From: Candidatus Saccharimonadota bacterium
Lineage (GTDB): Bacteria > Bacteroidota > Bacteroidia > Flavobacteriales > Blattabacteriaceae
Assembly: GCF_033370915.1 (NCBI RefSeq)
Contig: NZ_CP104096.1
Location: 105,340 to 137,339, forward strand
Reading direction: 5' to 3'
DNA length: 32,000 nucleotides
Shown: one piece after another, positions 1 to 7,991 of the stretch
Position numbering within the stretch: position 1 is the stretch's first letter
Layout of the letters: each line of letters begins with the position of its first letter
Translations under genes and position numbers: made by a program
Notes under the pieces: model-generated
Database searches by the model: none
Told to the model about the DNA's origin: nothing
Seen by the model: the letters and a program-made list of their open reading frames with translations, nothing else

Positions 1-1
1 T

Positions 2-1339
2 TGTATTTCTAATATTTCTATTATGGAGATTATAACTAAATCAAAAAATAATAAAATTGGATTAAAACTTATAATAGAATATGGAAAACTTATAAAAAAA
101 ATTCCTTATTATTGTAACACTGGTAGTAGTTTTTCAATTAATAATATATTTTTTAATACTCCTAATAAAAAAAAATTTTTATTATCTAATAAAGAAGAAT
201 ATAATAAAATTAAATATGAAATATATAAATTAATAATAGGTAATAATAAAATAAATTTTAAATTATATCATAATAATAAATTAATTTTTTATTTTAAAAA
301 ATCTTCTAAATTAGATAGAATATATAATATATTTTTAAATAAAAAAATTTTAACTTATAAAAAAAAATATAAATATTTAAAATTAAATTTTTTTTTATTT
401 TTTTCTAAAACTAAAAATAATAAATATATTTATGTAAATAATAAATTTATTAATAATAATAAATATTATAAAATAATAAAGAATTATTTATTAAAATATA
501 TTAATAAAAAAAAAATAAATTTTTTATTTTTTATTTATATAAATAATAAATTTATTAATTTTAATATTAATTCAGATAAAACTAAAGTAATATTTAAATC
601 AAATATTAAAATTAATAAAATAATTATAAATTTTTTAAAATATTTTATTAATAACAATTATTTTATTAATAAAAAAAAAATTAATTTGTTATTTTCAAAA
701 AAATCAAAAATAACAAATAATAAATTATATTCTAATAAAGAAATTAATTATATAAATTATTTTTTTTTTAATTTTAATAAAAAAAAAATAAAAATATTTA
801 AAATAAATAATAATTATGTAATTTTAATTATTAATAATAAATCATTAATTTTTAATATTAAAAAAGCTAAAGAAAAAATATTATATAATTATTATTTTAA
901 TTTAAATATTAAAATAAATTATAAACAATTATTATTATTTCCTATAAAATTTAAAATTCCTTTTAATATTAAAACAAAAAATATATTAAATAATAAAATT
1001 AGTAAATATTTTAACATTAAATTAAAAAAAAAATATTTATTAATTTATTCAATACCATATTTTTTAAATAAAAAAAATATTTTTAATTATTTTAATATTA
1101 TTTTTTTATTATTTAAACAAAATAAAATAATTAATTTATATAAATTAAATATATTTTTTTTATGTAAAAATAAAAAATTTAATTATAAAAATATAAAATA
1201 TTTATTATTTAAACTCTTTAGATGTAAAAATTATTTTATTTCTATAAATAATAAAAAAATATTTTATCTTTTAAAGGGTAGACGACTGGAATTGAACCAG
1301 CAACCTTCAGAACCACAATCTGATGCTCTAACCTATTGA
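2..1339 (+). CDS. mutL: DNA mismatch repair protein MutL, C-terminal two-thirds (5' end lies outside the window)
   Basis: The frame is open from the window edge, so the ATG at 23 is internal. 'NTGSSFSINNIFFNTPNKKKFLLS' matches the MutL GTxVxVxxLFxNxPARxKFL box. 'LIFNIKKAKEKILYNYYF' aligns with the C-terminal-domain 'IIDQHAAxERIxYEYF' region, and 'RCKNYFISIN' aligns with the ACK/SCK motif. The stop TGA (1337-1339) lies inside antisense tRNA-His. Confidence 0.8.
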   Translation, partial: CISNISIMEIITKSKNNKIGLKLIIEYGKLIKKIPYYCNTGSSFSINNIFFNTPNKKKFLLSNKEEYNKIKYEIYKLIIGNNKINFKLYHNNKLIFYFKKSSKLDRIYNIFLNKKILTYKKKYKYLKLNFFLFFSKTKNNKYIYVNNKFINNNKYYKIIKNYLLKYINKKKINFLFFIYINNKFINFNINSDKTKVIFKSNIKINKIIINFLKYFINNNYFINKKKINLLFSKKSKITNNKLYSNKEINYINYFFFNFNKKKIKIFKINNNYVILIINNKSLIFNIKKAKEKILYNYYFNLNIKINYKQLLLFPIKFKIPFNIKTKNILNNKISKYFNIKLKKKYLLIYSIPYFLNKKNIFNYFNIIFLLFKQNKIINLYKLNIFFLCKNKKFNYKNIKYLLFKLFRCKNYFISINNKKIFYLLKGRRLELNQQPSEPQSDALTY

Positions 1340-1351
1340 GCTACGTCTACC
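1277..1351 (-). tRNA. tRNA-His (GUG)
   Basis: The reverse complement folds as a cloverleaf: G-1, acceptor GTAGACG/CGTCTAC, anticodon stem TCAGA/TCTGA, loop TTGTGGT (anticodon GTG), T arm GCTGG-TTCAATT-CCAGT. G-1 pairs with discriminator C73, which is the tRNA-His hallmark. No CCA is encoded. It is a GC-rich island. Confidence 0.93.
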
Positions 1352-1404
1352 ATATTAATATTATTTTATATTAATATAAATAAAAAAAATATAAATTAAA
1401 GTAA

Positions 1405-3084
1405 ATGTATAGAACACATAATTGTGGAGAATTAAATATAAAATATATAAATAAAAAAGTAATATTATCAGGATGGGTACAAAATATTAGAAAATTTAGT
1501 AAATATTATTTTATTGATTTAAGAGATTTTTATGGAATAACTCAATTATTTATAAATAAAAAATATATTTTATTTAAAATAAATAATGAATTTATAATAA
1601 AAGTAAAAGGTATAGTTAATGAAAGAATAAAAAAAAATTTATTATTATCTACTGGTGAAATAGAAGTAAAAGTTAAAAAAATTACTTTAATAAATAAATC
1701 AAAAATATTACCTTTTAATATTGAAAATAATCCTAAAGTAAGTAAAAAAATAAGATTAAAATATAGATATTTAGATATTCGTAGAGAAGAAATAAAAAAT
1801 AATTTTATTATTAAATCAACTATAATAAATAAAATTAGATTTTTTTTTTTAAAAAATAATTTTATTGAGTTAGAAACACCTTTGTTAGTAAAAAGTACTC
1901 CAGAAGGAGCAAGAGAATTTATTATACCTTCAAGAAATTATAAAGGATTATTTTATTCTTTACCTCAATCACCACAGATATTTAAACAATTATTAATGAT
2001 TGGTGGTATCGATAAATATTTTCAAATTGTAAAATGTTTTAGAGATGAAGATTTAAGAAAAGATAGACAACCTGAATTTTTACAATTAGATATAGAAATG
2101 TCTTTTATTAATAAAAGTAAATATATATTTAATATTATTGAAAAATTAATAAAATATTTAATTAAAAAATTTTATAATCAAAATATAATAAATTTCAAAA
2201 TAATTAAATATAATAAAGCAATTAAATATTATAATACTGATAAACCTGATTTAACTAATAAAATATATAAAATAAAAATTAATAAAAATATAATTAATAA
2301 AAAATATAATAATTATAATATATTAAGTTTTATATTACCTAATTTTTTAAATATAAAAAATGTAAAAATAAAAGATATAATAAATATAATAAAAATTAAA
2401 AACAAAAAAATATTTATTTTTGATAATAATAATTTATTTAAAAATAATAATTTATTTAAAAATAATAATATTATAAAAAATATTATTGAAAAAAAGTTTT
2501 TTTCTGAATATGATATATTAATAATATTATTACATAAAAATAATAATATAAATTGTAATAAATTTTTTAATAAAATTAATAAATTACTTTTTAATTCAAA
2601 ATATAAAAAAAATATATTAATTCCAATATGGATAATCGATTATCCTTTATTTAAATATGATATAAATAATAAAAAATATTATTCTTTTCATCATCCATTC
2701 ACATCACCTAAAAAAATTAATAAATTGTCTTATAAATCATTATCAAAAGCTTATGATTTAATTATAAATGGTATAGAAATTGGAAGTGGTTCAATTAGAA
2801 TAAATAATAAAAAATTACAAGAAAAAATATTTTATTTATTAAATTTTAATATTAATGATATTAATCATAATTTTGAGTTTTTTTTAAATGCTTTAGAATA
2901 TGGTACACCTCCTCATGGAGGAATAGGAATAGGAATTGATAGATTAATATTATTATTATTAAATAAACAAGATATTAAAGATATTATACCATTTCCTAAA
3001 AATTATTATAATAAAGATATAATGTTAAATAGCCCATCAAAAATTAATGAAGAAATATTATTTAAACTAGGATTAAAGATATAA
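1405..3084 (+). CDS. aspS: Aspartyl-tRNA synthetase (bacterial type, with a low-complexity insertion domain)
   Basis: The N-terminus 'YRTHNCGELN...GWVQNIRKF...FIDLRDFYGITQL' is an AspRS OB fold. Class II motifs 'FRDEDLRKDRQPEF' and 'PPHGGIGIGIDRL' are present. Confidence 0.95.
   Translation: MYRTHNCGELNIKYINKKVILSGWVQNIRKFSKYYFIDLRDFYGITQLFINKKYILFKINNEFIIKVKGIVNERIKKNLLLSTGEIEVKVKKITLINKSKILPFNIENNPKVSKKIRLKYRYLDIRREEIKNNFIIKSTIINKIRFFFLKNNFIELETPLLVKSTPEGAREFIIPSRNYKGLFYSLPQSPQIFKQLLMIGGIDKYFQIVKCFRDEDLRKDRQPEFLQLDIEMSFINKSKYIFNIIEKLIKYLIKKFYNQNIINFKIIKYNKAIKYYNTDKPDLTNKIYKIKINKNIINKKYNNYNILSFILPNFLNIKNVKIKDIINIIKIKNKKIFIFDNNNLFKNNNLFKNNNIIKNIIEKKFFSEYDILIILLHKNNNINCNKFFNKINKLLFNSKYKKNILIPIWIIDYPLFKYDINNKKYYSFHHPFTSPKKINKLSYKSLSKAYDLIINGIEIGSGSIRINNKKLQEKIFYLLNFNINDINHNFEFFLNALEYGTPPHGGIGIGIDRLILLLLNKQDIKDIIPFPKNYYNKDIMLNSPSKINEEILFKLGLKI
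2425..2469. repeat. 18-bp in-frame tandem duplication (2.5 copies) inside aspS
   Basis: 'aataataatttatttaaa' occurs at 2425-2442 and again at 2443-2460, with a partial third copy at 2461-2469. It encodes the reiterated NNNLFK. Confidence 0.85.
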
Positions 3085-3117
3085 TAAATTTATATTATGA
3101 ATAATTAAAATAATAAA

Positions 3118-5181
3118 ATGTTTATACAAGAAAAAATTTTATTAGGTAAAAAAATAATATTAGAAACAGGTATAATAGCCACTCAATCGGATGGTTCGGT
3201 TCTATTAAGAATAGGTAATACTATATTATTATCTACTGTAGTTTTTGGAAAAGAAATTAAACATAATTGTAATTTTATTCCTTTAACTATTGATTATAGA
3301 GAAAAATATTTTGCAGTAGGTAAAATACCAGGTGGTTTTATAAAAAGAGAAGGAAAACCATCAGATCAAGAAATATTAACAATGAGAATAGTGGATAGAC
3401 TTATAAGACCTTTTTTACCTAAAGAATTAATTAACGAAATTCAAATAATAATAACATTATTATCATATGACTATAAAGTATTACCAGATGGATTAGTTGG
3501 TTTAGCTTCATCAGCAGCATTATTAATATCTGGAATACCTTTTAAAGGTCCAGTATCTCAAATAAGATTAGCAAGAATTAACAACAAATTAATTATTAAT
3601 CCAAATATAAATCAAATAAAAGAATCAGATATAAATTTAATTATAGGTGGATCTTTAAATTCAATAATTATGATTGATGGGGAAATGAAAGAAATAACTA
3701 ATAAGGATTTTATTAAGATTATTGAGTATTCTCATAAAGCAATAATAAAACTAATAAATTTACAAATAAAATTTTTTAAAAAAGTTAAAAAATATATTAA
3801 TATTAAAAAAATAAAAATTTTTAAGTTAAAATTAAATAATTTAATATTAAAAAAAAAAATAAAATATTTAATATATCACCAAATATATAAAATAATTAAA
3901 AACTATAAAAGAAAAAAAGATAGAAATAAAAAATTCAAAAATTTATTAAAAAAAATAATATATTTATTAGATTTCAACAATGAGGATTATATTAAAAAAT
4001 ATTTTAATTATTTTAAAAAAAAAATAATAAGAAAATTAATAATTAATGAAAATATAAGATTAGATGGAAGACAACCAAAAGATATAAGAAATATATGGGG
4101 AATAATTAATTATTTACCTGGAGTACATGGTTCAGCAATTTTTACAAGAGGTGAAACTCAATCATTATCTACTGTTACTTTAGGTTCTTCATTAGATGTT
4201 AATAAAATAGATAATGTAGTAATAGAATATAATGAAAAATTTTATTTACATTATAATTTTCATCCTTTCTCTACTGGTGAAGTAAAATTAATAACTGGTA
4301 TTTCTAGAAGAGAAATAGGACATGGTACATTAGCTAAAAAAGCTTTAAAAAATATAATTCCACTTAATAATCCATATACTATTAGAATAGTTTCTGATAT
4401 ATTAGAATCTAATGGTTCATCATCTATGGCAACTGTATGTGCAGCTTCTTTAGCATTAATGGATGCAGGTATAAAAATAAATAATCCAGTAGCTGGTATT
4501 TCTATGGGATTAATTAATTATAAAAAAAAAATAAAAATATTATATGATATTTTAGGTGAAGAAGATCATTATGGAGATATGGATTTAAAAATAACTAGAT
4601 CTATAAAAGGTATAACTGCTTGTCAAATGGATATAAAAAATATAAAGATTTGTAATATTAATATATTAAAAAAAATTTTAAAACATTCTAAAAAAGGAAT
4701 TTTAAATATATTAAATATAATGAATAATATTTTATCTAAACCTAAAAATAATATTAAATCTACAGCTCCAATATTAACTTTAATAAAAATACCTAAACAA
4801 TATATAAGAATAATAATAGGTAGTGGAGGTAAAACAATACAAGAAATACAATCAAGTACAGATACTAATATAATAATTACAGAAAAAAATAATCAAGGTA
4901 TAATTGAAATATTTGGTAAAAAAAACAATATTGATAAAGCTATTAAAATAATTAAAAATATAATTTTTATTCCTAAAATTGGAAATATATATAAAGGTAA
5001 AGTAATAAGTATAAAACGTTTTGGAGTATTTATAGAATTATCAAAAGGTGTAGAAGGATTATTGCCATATATTAATTTAAATATTAATATAGGGGATATT
5101 ATAAAAGTTAAATATTTAGGAATAGATATAAATACTGGTAAAATAAAATTATCATTAAATAATGAAAAAATTAAAAATTAA
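3118..5181 (+). CDS. pnp: Polyribonucleotide nucleotidyltransferase (PNPase)
   Basis: Two RNase PH-like cores ('QSDGSVLLRIGNT', 'RLDGRQPKDIRNI...HGSAIFTRGETQ', 'SNGSSSMATVCAASLALMDAG', 'EDHYGDMDLK') are followed by KH ('IGSGGKTIQEI') and S1 ('YKGKVISIKRFGVFIEL') domains. Confidence 0.95.
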   Translation: MFIQEKILLGKKIILETGIIATQSDGSVLLRIGNTILLSTVVFGKEIKHNCNFIPLTIDYREKYFAVGKIPGGFIKREGKPSDQEILTMRIVDRLIRPFLPKELINEIQIIITLLSYDYKVLPDGLVGLASSAALLISGIPFKGPVSQIRLARINNKLIINPNINQIKESDINLIIGGSLNSIIMIDGEMKEITNKDFIKIIEYSHKAIIKLINLQIKFFKKVKKYINIKKIKIFKLKLNNLILKKKIKYLIYHQIYKIIKNYKRKKDRNKKFKNLLKKIIYLLDFNNEDYIKKYFNYFKKKIIRKLIINENIRLDGRQPKDIRNIWGIINYLPGVHGSAIFTRGETQSLSTVTLGSSLDVNKIDNVVIEYNEKFYLHYNFHPFSTGEVKLITGISRREIGHGTLAKKALKNIIPLNNPYTIRIVSDILESNGSSSMATVCAASLALMDAGIKINNPVAGISMGLINYKKKIKILYDILGEEDHYGDMDLKITRSIKGITACQMDIKNIKICNINILKKILKHSKKGILNILNIMNNILSKPKNNIKSTAPILTLIKIPKQYIRIIIGSGGKTIQEIQSSTDTNIIITEKNNQGIIEIFGKKNNIDKAIKIIKNIIFIPKIGNIYKGKVISIKRFGVFIELSKGVEGLLPYINLNINIGDIIKVKYLGIDINTGKIKLSLNNEKIKN

Positions 5182-6046
5182 TAAAGACGAATCTGAAACT
5201 TTAAATAAATATTTAAAAGAAATTAGTAAAATTCCTTTATTAAATTCTAAACAAGAAAGAAAAATAACTAATATAATTAAATATTATGATATAAATAATA
5301 AAATATATAAACAATCATTAAAACTATTAATAAAATCTAATTTAAGATTTGTAGTTTCTGTAGCTAAACAATATCAAAATCAAGGATTAAGTTTATTAGA
5401 TTTAATTAATGAAGGTAATTTAGGTTTAATAAAAGCTGCTATTAGATTTGATGTTAATAGAGGATATAAATTTATATCTTATGCTGTATGGTGGATAAGA
5501 CAAAGTATTTTACAAGCTATAGCTGATTATTCAAAATGTGTAAGATCACCTACAAATAAAATAGCTTTTTTAAATAAAATTAATAAAGCATATTTAATTT
5601 TAGAACAAAAATTACAAAAAACTCCTAATACAAAAGAAATAGCTAATTATTTATCAGTTAATGTAAAAGAAGTTGAAAATGTATTAAAATATTCTAGTAA
5701 ACCTATTTCATTAGATGCACCTTTAATAGAAGGTGAAGGTATTAATTTATATGATATAATTGTTTCTAAAGATTTTCCTAAACCTGACAAGAAAATTTCT
5801 AAAGAATCATTTAATAATGATATTAAAAAATGTTTTAATAATTTATCTAAAAGAGAACAAATGATAATAATATTAAATTGTGGCTTATTTGGAAATAAAC
5901 AAATGACTTTTGAAGAAATTTCTAAATTATTTAATTTAACTAGAGAAAGAGTAAGACAAATTCAAATTAAGGCTTTAAAACAATTAAGAAAAGAGAAAAT
6001 GTGTAATCTATTAAAATCATATTTAGGTGAAGATGATAAGATATAA
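5162..6046 (+). CDS. rpoD: RNA polymerase primary sigma factor, short Bacteroidota-type SigA
   Basis: Region 2 'NLRFVVSVAKQYQNQGLSLLDLINEGNLGLIKAAIRFD...YKFISYAVWWIRQSI' and region 4 'FNLTRERVRQIQIKALKQLR' are present. The gene overlaps the 3' end of pnp by 20 nt. Confidence 0.93.
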   Translation: MKKLKINKDESETLNKYLKEISKIPLLNSKQERKITNIIKYYDINNKIYKQSLKLLIKSNLRFVVSVAKQYQNQGLSLLDLINEGNLGLIKAAIRFDVNRGYKFISYAVWWIRQSILQAIADYSKCVRSPTNKIAFLNKINKAYLILEQKLQKTPNTKEIANYLSVNVKEVENVLKYSSKPISLDAPLIEGEGINLYDIIVSKDFPKPDKKISKESFNNDIKKCFNNLSKREQMIIILNCGLFGNKQMTFEEISKLFNLTRERVRQIQIKALKQLRKEKMCNLLKSYLGEDDKI

Positions 6047-6048
6047 GA

Positions 6049-7002
6049 TTATATCTTATCTATCACTAATTTTTTATTTTTAATAGCTTTCTTAAATGGT
6101 ATATATGTAATTTTATTATTTTTTATTCCTATTACAAAATTATATTTTAAATTAATTAAATTTTTTATAGATTCTATTCCTAATCTAATAGCTAAAATTC
6201 TATCAATACATGTTGGTGATCCACATCTTTGAATATGACCTAATATATTAAATCTAAATTCTAAATTATTAAATTTTTTTTTAATTAATTTATATATAAT
6301 TTCAGATTCTCCAATATTTTTATTTTCTGCTACTATAATAATATTAGAATTATATTTATTCCATTTATTTAAAATCTTATAAAGATTTTTTAAATCATAT
6401 TTATTATTATTAGGTATTAAAATATCTAAAGCACCTATAGATATTCCACTATTAAATGCTAAAAATCCCAATCCTTTCCCCATTACTTCTATAATAAATA
6501 TTCTATTATTTGTTATAGCAGTATCTTTAATTTTTTCTATTATTTGTATAATAGTATTTAAAGAAGTGTCATAACCAATAGTAATATCAGTACCATTTAT
6601 ATCATTATCAATAGTTCCAGGAATTCCAATTATTGGAAAATTATATTCTTTGTTAAATTTTATTGCTCCGGTAAATGTACCATTACCTCCAATAATAATT
6701 AAAGCATCTAAATTATTTTTTTTTATATTTTCAAATGCTTTTTTTCTTCCTAAAATAGTTTTAAATTTTATTGATCTTCCAGTTCCTAAAATTGAACCTC
6801 CTTGTCCTATAATATTATAAACACTTTTATTAGATAATTTTTTAATATTACCATTAATTAAACCATCATATCCATATTTAATACCATAACAATTAATATT
6901 ATTGTTAATAGAATAATTAACAATTGATTTTATAGCTGCATTCATTCCCGGGGAATCACCCCCAGAAGTTATAATACCAATGTTATTTATTTTATTTAAC
7001 AT
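6049..7002 (-). CDS. pfkA: ATP-dependent 6-phosphofructokinase
   Basis: PfkA signatures are present: 'IGIITSGGDSPGMNAAI', 'LIIIGGNGTF', 'IGIPGTIDNDI', 'FIIEVMGK', 'LGHIQRCGSPT'. Confidence 0.93.
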   Translation of the reverse strand: MLNKINNIGIITSGGDSPGMNAAIKSIVNYSINNNINCYGIKYGYDGLINGNIKKLSNKSVYNIIGQGGSILGTGRSIKFKTILGRKKAFENIKKNNLDALIIIGGNGTFTGAIKFNKEYNFPIIGIPGTIDNDINGTDITIGYDTSLNTIIQIIEKIKDTAITNNRIFIIEVMGKGLGFLAFNSGISIGALDILIPNNNKYDLKNLYKILNKWNKYNSNIIIVAENKNIGESEIIYKLIKKKFNNLEFRFNILGHIQRCGSPTCIDRILAIRLGIESIKNLINLKYNFVIGIKNNKITYIPFKKAIKNKKLVIDKI

Positions 7003-7027
7003 TAATAAAAATTTTAATTATTCATTA

Positions 7028-7324
7028 TTATATTTTTTTATTATTATATTCATTATATCTTTCTATTTTCCAACCTTGTATAGAATTAATATATTTAGTT
7101 ATACCTTCTTTATTTACCCATTCTTTACCTCTAATATTTATATAAATTTTTACTTTATCCTTAATTTTTATAAAATTTAATAAATCTATTTTATCTTGTA
7201 TAAAATCTATTAAAATTTTTTGTGGATATAATTCTTCAGTTTCTAAAATTATACTTTTTTTTTTAAAATTATTTTTAAATATTTGAATATCAAAAATATC
7301 TTTTATTTTTCCTATTAAATACAT
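7028..7324 (-). CDS. Small conserved Bacteroidota protein, DUF3127-like
   Basis: The 98-aa ORF contains 'ETEELYPQKILIDFIQDKIDLL...KVKIYINIRGKEWVNKEGITKYINSIQGWKIE'. This matches my recollection of the DUF3127 family consensus (..QYPQ.I.IEF.QDK.DLL....V.V.INLRGREW.N..GE.KYFNSI.GWRIE). The family name comes from memory and has not been searched. Confidence 0.7.
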   Translation of the reverse strand: MYLIGKIKDIFDIQIFKNNFKKKSIILETEELYPQKILIDFIQDKIDLLNFIKIKDKVKIYINIRGKEWVNKEGITKYINSIQGWKIERYNEYNNKKI

Positions 7325-7361
7325 ATATATTAATATAATTATATTATTATTTTCATTTATA

Positions 7362-7991
7362 ATGATAATAAATAATAAAATATATAAATATATAAATTAT
7401 TTAATAAAAAATTTCGAACCTGTTTATTTAAAAAATATAAAAAAAAATTATTATAACAAAAAAGATATAAAAATGATGTCTGATAATTTACAAGGTAGAT
7501 TTTTAAGTTTAATATCAAGACTTAAAAAACCAAAATATATTTTAGAAATAGGTACTTTTTTAGGTTATTCTACATTATGTTTATCAGAAGGTTTAAAAAA
7601 AAATGGTTTATTAATAACAATAGAAAAAAATAAAAAATATATAGATTATGCAAAAGAAAATTTTAAAAAAACTAAATATAATAAAAATATAAAAATATTA
7701 TATGGTAATGCTTTAAATGTTATACCTAAATTAAAATATAATTTTGATATTGTATTTATAGATGCTGATAAAAAAAATAATTTAAATTATTTTAAATTAA
7801 TTTTTAATAAAGTAAAAAAAAATGGTATTATTATTTGTGATAATGTATTATGGAAAGGAAAAATAATATATAATAATGATAATATTACAAAATCAATTAA
7901 TAAATTTAATAAAACTATAAAAAAATATAAAAATATCAATAGTATTATTATACCAATTAGAGATGGTTTAAATATAATAATTAAAAATTAA
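7362..7991 (+). CDS. Class I SAM-dependent O-methyltransferase (family 3, caffeoyl-CoA OMT / YrrM-TrmR-like)
   Basis: 'ILEIGTFLGYSTLCLSEGL' is SAM motif I, followed by 'DIVFIDADKKNNLNYF' and 'GIIICDNVLWKG'. This layout is typical of OMT family 3. Its stop overlaps the cysS stop in the palindromic TTAA at 7988-7991. Confidence 0.8.
   Translation: MIINNKIYKYINYLIKNFEPVYLKNIKKNYYNKKDIKMMSDNLQGRFLSLISRLKKPKYILEIGTFLGYSTLCLSEGLKKNGLLITIEKNKKYIDYAKENFKKTKYNKNIKILYGNALNVIPKLKYNFDIVFIDADKKNNLNYFKLIFNKVKKNGIIICDNVLWKGKIIYNNDNITKSINKFNKTIKKYKNINSIIIPIRDGLNIIIKN

Noticed and set aside
6980-7180. 66-aa ORF on the + strand
   Set aside because: It overlaps the pfkA start and lies antisense to the DUF3127-like gene. 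The product is pure F/I/Y/N low complexity with no motif, as expected by chance opposite Lys/Asn-rich coding sequence.
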